From Eledone cirrhosa (lineage: Eukaryota), in assembly GCA_964016885.1 (NCBI GenBank), contig OZ024741.1:336350001-336414000 (forward strand): a stretch of 64,000 nt of DNA. The letters are read 5' to 3'. A program made the translations under genes and the position numbers. Below the pieces are notes generated by a model. It saw only the letters and a list, made by a program, of their open reading frames with translations, ran no database searches and was not told the DNA's origin. Positions 49,101 through 61,100 of this stretch are shown here, piece by piece. Within the stretch, counting starts at the first letter, position 1. The number at the start of each line of letters is the position of its first letter.

Positions 49101-52100
49101 AAGGTAGTCTGTAGGAAGGTACTCTGTAGGAAGGTAGTCTGTAGGAAGGTAGTCTGAAGGAAGGTACTCTGTAGGAAGGTAGTCTGTAGGAAGGTACTCT
49201 GTAGGAAGGTAGTCTGAAGGAAGGTACTCTGTAGGAAGGTAGTCTGTAGGAAGGTACTCTGTAGGAAGGTAGTCTGTAGGAAGGTAGTCTGTAGGAAGGT
49301 AGTCTGTAGGAAAGTACTCTGTAGGAAGGTTGTCTGTAGGAAGCTAGTCTGTAGGAAGGTAGTCTGTAGGAAGGTAGTCTGTAGGAAGGTAGTCTGTAGG
49401 AAGGTAGTCTGAAGGAAGGTACTCTGTAGGAAGGTAGTCTGTAGGAAAGTACTCTGTAGGAAGGTTGTCTGTAGGAAGGTAGTCTGTAGGAAGGTACTCT
49501 GTAGGAAGGTTGTCTTTAGGAAGGTAGTCTGTAGGAAGGTACTCTGTAGGAAGGTAGTCTGTAGGAAGGTACTCTGTAGGAAGGTAGTCTGTAGGAAGGT
49601 AGTCTGAAGGAAGGTACTCTGTAGGAAGGTAGTCTGTAGGAAGGTAGTCTGTAGGAAGGTACTCTGTAGGAAGGTAGTCTGTAGGAACGTAGTCTGTAGG
49701 AAGGTAGTCTGTAGGAAAGTACTCTGTAGGAAGGTTGTCTGTAGGAAGCTAGTCTGTAGGAAGGTACTCTGTAGGAAGGTAGTCTGTAGGAAGGTACTCT
49801 GTAGGAAGGTTGTCTGTAGGAAGGTACTCTGTAGGAAGGTAGTCTGTAGGAAGGTAGTCTGTAGGAAGGTAGTCTGTAGGAAGGTAGTCTGAAGGAAGGT
49901 ACTCTGTAGGAAGGTGGTCTGTAGGAAAGTACTCTGTAGGAAGGTTGTCTGTAGCAAGGTAGTCTGTAGGAAGGTAGTCTGTAGGAAGGTACTCTGTAGG
50001 AAGGTAGTCTGTAGGAAGGTAGTCTGTAGGAAGGTAGTCTGTAGGAAGGTTGTCTTTAGGAAGGTAGTCTGTAGGAAGGTACTCTGTAGGAAGGTAGTCT
50101 GTAGGAAGGTACTCTGTAGAAAGGTAGTCTGTAGGAAGGTAGTCTGTAGGAAGGTAGTCTGCAAGAAGGTAGTCTGTAGGAAGGTAGTCTGTAGGAAGGT
50201 AGTCTGTAGGAAGGTACTCTGTAGGAAGGTACTCTGTAGGAAGGTAGTCTGTAGGAAGGTACTCTGTAGGAAGGTAGTCTGTAGGAAGGTAGTCTGTAGG
50301 AAGGTAGTCTGTAGGAAGGTAGTCTGTAGGAAGGTACTCTGTAGGAAGGTAGTCTGTAGGAAGGTAGTCTGTAGGAAGGTAGTCTGCAAGAAGGTAGTCT
50401 GTAGGAAGGTAGTCTGTAGGAAGGTAGTCTGCAAGAAGGTACTCTGTAGGAAGGTACTCTGTAGGAAGGTAGTCTGTAGGAAGGTAGTCTGTAGGAAGGT
50501 ACTCTGTAGGAAGGTACTCTGTAGGAAGGTACTCTGTAGGAAGGTAGTCTGTAGGAAGGTACTCTGTAGGAAGGTAGTCTGTAGGAAGGTAGTCTGTAGG
50601 AAGGTAGTCTGTAGGAAGGTAGTCTGTAGGAAGGTACTCTGTAGGAAGGTAGTCTGTAGGAAGGTACTCTGTAGGAAGGTAGTCTGTAGGAAGGTAGTCT
50701 GTAGGAAGGTACTCTGTAGGAAGGTAGTCTGTAGGAAGGTAGTCTGTAGGAAGGTAGTCTGTAGGAAGGTAGTCTGTAGGAAGGTACTCTGTAGGAAGGT
50801 ACTCTGTAGGAAGGTACTCTGTAGGAATGTACTCTGTAGGAAGGTACTCTGTAGGAAGGTAGTCTGTAGGAAGGTACTCTGTAGGAAGGTAGTCTGTAGG
50901 AAGGTAGTCTGTAGGAAGGTAGTCTGTAGGAAGGTAGTCTGTAGGAAGGTACTCTGTAGGAAGGTAGTCTGTAGGAAGGTAGTCTGTAGGAAGGTACTCT
51001 GTAGGAAGGTAGTCTGTAGGAAGGTAGTCTGTAGGAAGGTAGTCTGCAAGAAGGTAGTCTGTAGGAAGGTAGTCTGTAGGAAGGTAGTCTGTAGGAAGGT
51101 ACTCTGTAGGAAGGTAGTCTGTAGGAAGGTACTCTGTAGGAAGGTAGTCTGTAGGAAGGTAGTCTGTAGGAAGGTACTCTGTAGGAAGGTAGTCTGTAGG
51201 AAGGTAGTCTGTAGGAAGGTAGTCTGTAGGAAGGTAGTCTGTAGGAAGGTACTCTGTAGGAAGGTACTCTGTAGGAAGGTACTCTGTAGGAATGTACTCT
51301 GTAGGAAGGTACTCTGTAGGAAGGTAGTCTGTAGGAAGGTACTCTGTAGGAAGGTAGTCTGTAGGAAGGTAGTCTGTAGGAAGGTAGTCTGTAGGAAGGT
51401 AGTCTGTAGGAAGGTACTCTGTAGGAAGGTAGTCTGTAGGAAGGTAGTCTGTAGGAAGGTACTCTGTAGGAAGGTAGTCTGTAGGAAGGTAGTCTGTAGG
51501 AAGGTAGTCTGCAAGAAGGTAGTCTGTAGGAAGGTAGTCTGTAGGAAGGTAGTCTGTAGGAAGGTACTCTGTAGGAAGGTACTCTGTAGGAAGGTACTCT
51601 GTAGGAAGGTAGTCTGTAGGAAGGTAGTCTGTAGGAAGGTACTCTGTAGGAAGGTAGTCTGTAGGAAGGTACTCTGTAGGAAGGTAGTCTGTAGGAAGGT
51701 AGTCTGTAGGAAGGTACTCTGTAGGAAGGTAGTCTGTAGGAAGGTACTCTGTAGGAAGGTAGTCTGTAGGAAGGTAGTCTGTAGGAAGGTACTCTGTAGG
51801 AAGGTAGTCTGTAGGAAGGTACTCTGTAGGAAGGTAGTCTGTAGGAAGGTAGTCTGTAGGAAGGTACTCTGTAGGAAGGTAGTCTGTAGGAAGGTAGTCT
51901 GTAGGAAGGTAGTCTGCAAGAAGGTAGTCTGTAGGAAGGTAGTCTGTAGGAAGGTAGTCTGTAGGAAGGTACTCTGTAGGAAGGTACTCTGTAGGAAGGT
52001 ACTCTGTAGGAAGGTAGTCTGTAGGAAGGTACTCTGTAGGAAGGTAGTCTGTAGGAAGGTAGTCTGTAGGAAGGTAGTCTGTAGGAAGGTAGTCTGTAGG

Positions 52101-55100
52101 AAGGTACTCTGTAGGAAGGTAGTCTGTAGGAAGGTACTCTGTATGTAGGTAGTCTGTAGGAAGGTAGTCTGTAGGAAGGTAGTCTGTAGGAAGGTACTCT
52201 GTAGGTAGGTAGTCTGTAGGAAGGTAGTCTGTAGGAAGGTACTCTGTAGGTAGGTAGTCTGTAGGAAGGTAGTCTGTAGGAAGGTAGTCTGTAGGAAGGT
52301 ACTCTGTAGGTAGGTAGTCTGTAGGAAGGTAGTCTGTAGGAAGGTACTCTGTAGGAAGGTAGTCTGTAGGAAGGTAGTCTGTAGGAAGGTAGTCTGTAGG
52401 AAGGTACTCTGTAGGAAGGTAGTCTGTAGGAAGGTACTCTGTAGGAAGGTACTCTGTAGGTAGGTAGTCTGCAGGAAGGTAGTCTGTAGGAAGGTAGTCT
52501 GTAGGAAGGTACTCTGTAGGAAGGTAGTCTGTAGGAAGGTAGTCTGTAGGAAAGTACTCTGTAGGAAGGTAGTCTGTAGGAAAGTACTCTGTAGGAAGGT
52601 TGTCTGTAGGAAGGTAGTCTGTAGGAAGGTAGTCTGTAGGAAGGTAGTCTGTAGGAAGGTAGTCTGTAGGAAGGTTGTCTTTAGGAAGGTTGTCTGTAGG
52701 AAGGTAGTCTGTAGGAAGGTAGTCTGAAGGAAGGTACTCTGTAGGAAGGTAGTCTGTAGGAAGGTACTCTGTAGGAAGGTAGTCTGTAGGAAGGTAGTCT
52801 GTAGGAAGGTAGTCTGTAGGAAGTTAGTCTGTAGGAAGGTACTCTGTAGGAAGGTACTCTGTAGGAAGGTAGTCTGTAGGAAGGTAGTCTGTAGGAAGGT
52901 TGTCTGTAGGAAGGTAGTCTGTAGGAAGGTAGTCTGTAGGAAGGTACTCTGTAGGAAGGTACTCTGTAGGAAGGTAGTCTGAAGGAAGGTACTCTGTAGG
53001 AAGGTAGTCTGTAGGAAGGTACTCTGTAGGAAGGTAGTCTGTAGGAAGGTAGTCTGAAGGAAGGTACTCTGTAGGAAGGTAGTCTGAAGGAAGGTACTCT
53101 GTAGGAAGGTAGTCTGTAGGAAGGTAGTCTGTAGGAAGGTAGTCTGTAGGAAGTTAGTCTGTAGGAAGGTAGTCTGTAGGAAGGTAGTCTGTAGGAAGGT
53201 AGTCTGAAGGAAGGTACTCTGTAGGAAGGTAGTCTGTAGGAAAGTACTCTGTAGGAAGGTTGTCTGTAGGAAGGTAGTCTGTAGGAAGGTAGTCTGTAGG
53301 AAGGTAGTCTGTAGGAAGGTAGTCTGAAGGAAGGTACTCTGTAGGAAGGTAGTCTGTAGGAAAGTACTCTGTAGGAAGGTTGTCTGTAGGAAGGTAGTCT
53401 GTAGGAAGGTAGTCTGTAGGAAGGTAGTCTGTAGGAAGGTAGTCTGTAGGAAGGTTGTCTTTAGGAAGGTTGTCTGTAGGAAGGTACTCTGTAGGAAGGT
53501 AGTCTGTAGGAAGGTACTCTGTAGAAAGGTAGTCTGTAGGAAGGTAGTCTGTAGGAAGGTAGTCTGTAGGAAGGTAGTCTGTAGGAAGGTACTCTGTAGG
53601 AAGGTAGTCTGTAGGAAGGTTGTCTGTAGGAAGGTAGTCTGTAGGAAGGTACTCTGTAGGAAGGTAGTCTGTAGGAAGGTTGTCTTTAGGAAGGTAGTCT
53701 GTAGGAAGGTAGTCTGTAGGATGGTACTCTGTAGGTAGGTAGTCTGTAGGAAGGTACTCTGTAGAAAGGTAGTCTGTAGGAAGGTAGTCTGTAGGAAGGT
53801 AGTCTGTAGGAAGGTTGTCTGTAGGAAGGTAGTCTGTAGGAAGGTACTCTGTAGGAAGGTAGTCTGTAGGAAGGTAGTCTGTACGAAGGTACTCTGTAGG
53901 AAGGTAGTCTGTAGGAAGGTACTCTGTAGGAAGGTAGTCTGTAGGAAGGTTGTCTGTAGGAAGGTAGTCTGTAGGAAGGTACTCTGTAGGAAGGTAGTCT
54001 GTAGGAAGGTAGTCTGTAGGAAGGTAGTCTGTAGGAAGGTACTCTGTAGGAAGGTAGTCTGTAGGAAGGTAGTCTGTACGAAGGTACTCTGTAGGAAGGT
54101 AGTCTGTAGGAAGGTACTCTGTAGGAAGGTAGTCTGTAGGAAGGTTGTCTGTAGGAAGGTAGTCTGTAGGAAGGTACTCTGTAGGAAGGTAGTCTGTAGG
54201 AAGGTTGTCTTTAGGAAGGTAGTCTGTAGGAAGGTACTCTGTAGGAAGGTAGTCTGTAGGAAGGTACTCTGTAGGAAGGTAGTCTGTAGGAAGGTAGTCT
54301 GAAGGAAGGTACTCTGTAGGAAGGTAGTCTGTAGGAAGGTACTCTGTAGGAAGGTAGTCTGAAGGAAGGTACTCTGTAGGAAGGTAGTCTGTAGGAAGGT
54401 ACTCTGTAGGAAGGTAGTCTGTAGGAAGGTAGTCTGTAGGAAGGTAGTCTGTAGGAAAGTACTCTGTAGGAAGGTTGTCTGTAGGAAGCTAGTCTGTAGG
54501 AAGGTAGTCTGTAGGAAGGTAGTCTGTAGGAAGGTAGTCTGAAGGAAGGTACTCTGTAGGAAGGTAGTCTGTAGGAAAGTACTCTGTAGGAAGGTTGTCT
54601 GTAGGAAGGTAGTCTGTAGGAAGGTACTCTGTAGGAAGGTTGTCTTTAGGAAGGTAGTCTGTAGGAAGGTACTCTGTAGGAAGGTAGTCTGTAGGAAGGT
54701 ACTCTGTAGGAAGGTAGTCTGTAGGAAGGTAGTCTGAAGGAAGGTACTCTGTAGGAAGGTAGTCTGTAGGAAGGTAGTCTGTAGGAAGGTACTCTGTAGG
54801 AAGGTACTCTGTAGGAAGGTAGTCTGTAGGAAGGTAGTCTGTAGGAAGGTACTCTGTAGGAAGGTAGTCTGTAGGAAGGTAGTCTGTAGGAAGGTACTCT
54901 GTAGGAAGGTACTCTGTAGGAAGGTACTCTGTAGGAAGGTAGTCTGTAGGAAGGTAGTCTGTAGGAAGGTAGTCTGTAGGAAGGTAGTCTGAAGGAAGGT
55001 ACTCTGTAGGAAGGTAGTCTGTAGGAAGGTAGTCTGTAGGAAGGTACTCTGTAGGAAGGTAGTCTGTATGAAGGTAGTCTGTAGGAAGGTAGTCTGTAGG

Positions 55101-58100
55101 AAGGTAGTCTGTAGGAAGGTACTCTGTAGGAAGGTTGTCTGTAGGAAGGTAGTCTGTAGGAAGGTAGTCTGTAGGAAGGTTGTCTGTAGGAAGGTAGTCT
55201 GTAGGAAGGTACTCTGTAGGAAGGTACTCTGTAGGAAGGTACTCTGTAGGAAGGTAGTCTGTAGGAAGGTAGTCTGTAGGAAGGTAGTCTGTAGGAAGGT
55301 AGTCTGTAGGAAGGTACTCTGTAGGAAGGTAGTCTGTAGGAAGGTAGTCTGTAGGAAGGTACTCTGTAGGAAGGTAGTCTGTAGGAAGGTAGTCTGTAGG
55401 AAGGTAGTCTGTAGGAAGGTAGTCTGTAGGAAGGTAGTCTGTAGGGAGGTAGTCTATAGGAAGGTAGTCTGTAGGAAGGTAGTCTGTAGGAAGGTACTCT
55501 GTAGGAAGGTAGTCTGTAGGAAGGTAGTCTGTAGGAAGGTAGTCTGTAGGAAGGTACTCTGTAGGAAGGTAGTCTGTAGGAAGGTAGTCTGTAGGAAGGT
55601 ACTCTGTAGGAAGGTAGTCTGTAGGAAGGTAGTCTGTAGGAAGGTACTCTGTAGGAAGGTACTCTGTAGGAAGGTACTCTGTAGGAAGGTAGTCTGTAGG
55701 AAGGTAGTCTGTAGGAAGGTAGTCTGTAGGAAGGTACTCTGTAGGAAGGTAGTCTGTAGGAAGGTACTCTGTAGGAAGGTACTCTGTAAGAAGGTACTCT
55801 GTAGGAAGGTAGTCTGTAGGAAGGTAGTCTGTAGGAAGGTACTCTGTAGGAAGGTAGTCTGTAGGAAGGTACTCTGTAGGAAGGTACTCTGTAAGAAGGT
55901 ACTCTGTAGGAAGGTAGTCTGTAGGAAGGTAGTCTGTAGGAAGGTAGTCTGTAGGAAGGTAGACTGTAGGAAGGTAGTCTGTAGGAAGGTAGTCTGTAGG
56001 AAGGTACTCTGTAGGAAGGTAGTCTGTAGGAAAGTAGTCTGTAGGAAGGTACTCTGTATGAAGGTAGTCTGTAGGAAGGTAGTCTGTAGGAAGGTACTCT
56101 GTAGGAAGGTAGTCTGTAGGAAGGTAGTCTGTAGGAAGGTACTCTGTATGAAGGTAGTCTGTAGGAAGGTACTCTGTATGAAGGTAGTCTGTAGGAAGGT
56201 AGTCTGTAGGAAGGTACTCTGTAGGAAGGTAGTCTGTAGGAAGGTAGTCTGTAGGAAGGTACTCTGTAGGAAGGTACTCTGTAGGAAGGTAGTCTGTAGG
56301 AAGGTACTCTGTAGGTAGGTAGTCTGTAGGAAGGTAGTCTGTAGGAAGGTAGTCTGTAGGAAGGTACTCTGTAGGTAGGTAGTCTGTAGGAAGGTAGTCT
56401 GTAGGAAGGTACTCTGTAGGAAGGTACTCTGTAGGTAGGTAGTCTGCAAGAAGGTAGTCTGTAGGAAGGTAGTCTGTAGGAAGGTAGTCTGTAGGAAGGT
56501 AGTCTGTAGGAAGGTAGTCTGTAGGAAGGTTGTCTTTAGGAAGGTAGTCTGTAGGAAGGTAGTCTGTAGAAAGGTAGTCTGTAGGAAGGTAGTCTGTAGG
56601 AAGGTACTCTGTAGGAAGGTAGTCTGTAGGAAGGTAGTCTGTAGGAAGGTTGTCTTTAGGAAGGTAGTCTGTAGGAAGGTAGTCTGTAGAAAGGTAGTCT
56701 GTAGGAAGGTAGTCTGTAGGAAGGTACTCTGTAGGAAGGTAGTCTGTAGGAAGGTAGTCTGTAGGAAGGTAGTCTGTAGGAAGGTAGTCTGTAGGAAGGT
56801 AGTCTGAAGAAAGGTACTCTGTAGGAAGGTAGTCTGTAGGAAAGTACTCTGTAGGAAGGTTGTCTGTAGGAAGGTAGTCTGTAGGAAAGTAGTCTGTAGG
56901 AAGGTAGTCTGTAGGAAGGTTGTCTTTAGGAAGGTAGTCTGTAGGAAGGTACTCTGTAGGAAGGTAGTCTGTAGGAAGGTACTCTGTAGAAAGGTAGTCT
57001 GTAGGAAGGTAGTCTGTAGGAAGGTAGTCTGTAGGAAGGTAGTCTGTAGGAAGGTACTCTGTAGGAAGGTAGTCTGTAGGAAGGTTGTCTTTAGGAAGGT
57101 AGTCTGTAGGAAGGTACTCTGTAGGAAGGTAGTCTGTAGGAAGGTACTCTGTAGGAAGGTAGTCTGTAGGAAGGTAGTCTGAAGGAAGGTACTCTTTAGG
57201 AAGGTAGTCTGTAGGAAGGTACTCTGTAGGAAGGTAGTCTGAAGGAAGGTACTCTGTAGGAAGGTAGTCTGTAGGAAGGTACTCTGTAGGAAGGTAGTCT
57301 GAAGGAAGGTACTCTGTAGGAAGGTAGTCTGTAGGAAGGTAGTCTGTAGGAAGGTAGTCTGAAGGAAGGTACTCTGTAGGAAGGTACTCTGTAGGAAGGT
57401 AGTCTGAAGGAAGGTACTCTGTAGGAAGGTACTCTGTAGGAAGGTAGTCTGAAGGAAGGTAGTCTGAAGGAAGGTACTCTGTAGGAAGGTAGTCTGTAGG
57501 AAGGTAGTCTGAAGGAAGGTACTCTGTAGGAAGGTAGTCTGTAGGAAGGTACTCTGTAGGAAGGTAGTCTGTAGGAAGGTACTCTGTAGGAAGGTAGTCT
57601 GTAGGAAGGTAGTCTGTAGGAAGGTAGTCTGTAGGAAGGTACTCTGTAGGAAGGTAGTCTGTAGGAAGGTAGTCTGTAGGAAGGTACTCTGTAGGAAGGT
57701 AGTCTGTAGGAAGGTAGTCTGTAGGAAGGTACTCTGTAGGAAGGTACTCTGTAGGAAGGTAGTCTGTAGGAAGGTAGTCTGTAGGAAGGTACTCTGTAGG
57801 AAGGTACTCTGTAGGAAGGTAGTCTGTACGAAGGTACTCTGTATGTAGGTAGTCTGTAGGAAGGTAGTCTGTAGGAAGGTAGTCTGTAGGAAGGTACTCT
57901 GTAGGTAGGTAGTCTGTAGGAAGGTAGTCTGTAGGAAGGTACTCTGTAGGTAGGTAGTCTGTAGGAAGGTAGTCTGTAGGAAGGTAGTCTGTAGGAAGGT
58001 ACTCTGTAGGTAGGTAGTCTGTAGGAAGGTAGTCTGTAGGAAGGTACTCTGTAGGAAGGTAGTCTGTAGGAAGGTAGTCTGTAGGAAGGTAGTCTGTAGG

Positions 58101-61100
58101 AAGGTACTCTGTAGGAAGGTAGTCTGTAGGAAGGTACTCTGTAGGAAGGTACTCTGTAGGTAGGTAGTCTGCAGGAAGGTAGTCTGTAGGAAGGTAGTCT
58201 GTAGGAAGGTACTCTGTAGGAAGGTTGTCTGTAGGAAGCTAGTCTGTAGGAAGGTAGTCTGTAGGAAGGTAGTCTGTAGGAAGGTAGTCTGTAGGAAGGT
58301 AGTCTGAAGGAAGGTACTCTGTAGGAAGGTAGTCTGTAGGAAAGTACTCTGTAGGAAGGTTGTCTGTAGGAAGGTAGTCTGTAGGAAGGTAGTCTGTAGG
58401 AAGGTAGTCTGTAGGAAGGTAGTCTGTAGGAAGGTAGTCTTTAGGAAGGTTGTCTGTAGGAAGGTACTCTGTAGGAAGGTAGTCTGTAGGAAGGTACTCT
58501 GTAGAAAGGTAGTCTGTAGGAAGGTAGTCTGTAGGAAGGTAGTCTGTAGGAAGGTAGTCTGTAGGAAGGTAGTCTGTAGGAAGGTACTCTGTAGGAAGGT
58601 AGTCTGTAGGAAGGTTGTCTGTAGGAAGGTAGTCTGTAGGAAGGTACTCTGTAGGAAGGTAGTCTGTAGGAAGGTTGTCTTTAGGAAGGTAGTCTGTAGG
58701 AAGGTAGTCTGTAGGATGGTACTCTGTAGGTAGGTAGTCTGTAGGAAGGTACTCTGTAGAAAGGTAGTCTGTAGGAAGGTAGTCTGTAGGAAGGTAGTCT
58801 GTAGGAAGGTTGTCTGTAGGAAGGTACTCTGTAGGAAGGTAGTCTGTAGGAAGGTAGTCTGTAGGAAGGTAGTCTGTAGGAAGGTACTCTGTAGGAAGGT
58901 AGTCTGTAGGAAGGTAGTCTGTACGAAGGTACTCTGTAGGAAGGTAGTCTGTAGGAAGGTACTCTGTAGGAAGGTAGTCTGTAGGAAGGTTGTCTGTAGG
59001 AAGGTAGTCTGTAGGAAGGTACTCTGTAGGAAGGTAGTCTGTAGGAAGGTTGTCTTTAGGAAGGTAGTCTGTAGGAAGGTACTCTGTAGGAAGGTAGTCT
59101 GTAGGAAGGTACTCTGTAGGAAGGTAGTCTGTAGGAAGGTAGTCTGAAGGAAGGTACTCTGTAGGAAGGTAGTCTGTAGGAAGGTACTCTGTAGGAAGGT
59201 AGTCTGAAGGAAGGTACTCTGTAGGAAGGTAGTCTGTAGGAAGGTACTCTGTAGGAAGGTAGTCTGTAGGAAGTTAGTCTGTAGGAAGGTAGTCTGTAGG
59301 AAAGTACTCTGTAGGAAGGTTGTCTGTAGGAAGCTAGTCTGTAGGAAGGTAGTCTGTAGGAAGGTAGTCTGTAGGAAGGTAGTCTGAAGGAAGGTACTCT
59401 GTAGGAAGGTAGTCTGTAGGAAAGTACTCTGTAGGAAGGTTGTCTGTAGGAAGGTAGTCTGTAGGAAGGTACTCTGTAGGAAGGTTGTCTTTAGGAAGGT
59501 AGTCTGTAGGAAGGTACTCTGTAGGAAGGTAGTCTGTAGGAAGGTACTCTGTAGGAAGGTAGTCTGTAGGAAGGTAGTCTGAAGGAAGGTACTCTGTAGG
59601 AAGGTAGTCTGTAGGAAGGTAGTCTGTAGGAAGGTACTCTGTAGGAAGGTAGTCTGTAGGAACGTAGTCTGTAGGAAGGTAGTCTGTAGGAAAGTACTCT
59701 GTAGGAAGGTTGTCTGTAGGAAGCTAGTCTGTAGGAAGGTAGTCTGTAGGAAGGTAGTCTGTAGGAAGGTAGTCTGTAGGAAGGTAGTCTGAAGGAAGGT
59801 AGTCTGTAGGAAGGTAGTCTGTAGGAAGGTACTCTGTAGGAAGGTACTCTGTAGGAAGGTAGTCTGTAGGAAAGTACTCTGTAGGAAGGTTGTCTGTAGC
59901 AAGGTAGTCTGTAGGAAGGTAGTCTGTAGGAAGGTAGTCTGTAGGAAGGTAGGCTGTAGGAAGGTTGTCTTTAGGAAGGTAGTCTGTAGGAAGGTACTCT
60001 GTAGGAAGGTAGTCTGTAGGAAGGTACTCTGTAGAAAGGTAGTCTGTAGGAAGGTAGTCTGTAGGAAGGTAGTCTGTATGAAGGTAGTCTGTAGGATGGT
60101 ACTCTGTAGGTAGGTAGTCTGTAGGAAGGTAGTCTGTAGGAAGGTAGTCTGTAGGAAGGTACTCTGTAGGTAGGTAGTCTGTAGGAAGGTAGTCTGTAGG
60201 AAGGTACTCTGTAGGAAGGTACTCTGTAGGTAGGTAGTCTGCAAGAAGGTAGTCTGTAGGAAGGTAGTCTGTAGGAAGGTAGTCTGTAGGAAGGTACTCT
60301 GTAGGAAGGTAGTCTGTAGGAAGGTAGTCTGTAGGAAGGTACTCTGTAGGTAGGTAGTCTGTAGGAAGGTAGTCTGTAGGAAGGTACTCTGTAGGTAGGT
60401 AGTCTGTAGGAAGGTAGTCTGTAGGAAGGTACTCTGTAGGAAGGTAGTCTGTAGGAAGGTAGTCTGTAGGAAGGTACTCTGTAGGTAGGTAGTCTGTAGG
60501 AAGGTAGTCTGTAGGAAGGTAGTCTGTAGGAAGGTACTCTGTAGGTAGGTAGTCTGTAGGAAGGTAGTCTGTAGGAAGGTACTCTGTAGGAAGGTACTCT
60601 GTAGGTAGGTAGTCTGCAAGAAGGTAGTCTGTAGGAAGGTAGTCTGTAGGAAGGTAGTCTGTAGGAAGGTAGTCTGTAGGAAGGTACTCTGTAGGAAGGT
60701 AGTCTGTAGGAAGGTAGTCTGTACGAAGGTACTCTGTAGGAAGGTAGTCTGTAGGAAGGTACTCTGTAGGAAGGTAGTCTGTAGGAAGGTTGTCTGTAGG
60801 AAGGTAGTCTGTAGGAAGGTACTCTGTAGGAAGGTAGTCTGTAGGAAGGTTGTCTTTAGGAAGGTAGTCTGTAGGAAGGTACTCTGTAGGAAGGTAGTCT
60901 GTAGGAAGGTACTCTGTAGGAAGGTAGTCTGTAGGAAGGTAGTCTGAAGGAAGGTACTCTGTAGGAAGGTAGTCTGTAGGAAGGTACTCTGTAGGAAGGT
61001 AGTCTGAAGGAAGGTACTCTGTAGGAAGGTAGTCTGTAGGAAGGTACTCTGTAGGAAGGTAGTCTGTAGGAAGGTAGTCTGTAGGAAGGTAGTCTGTAGG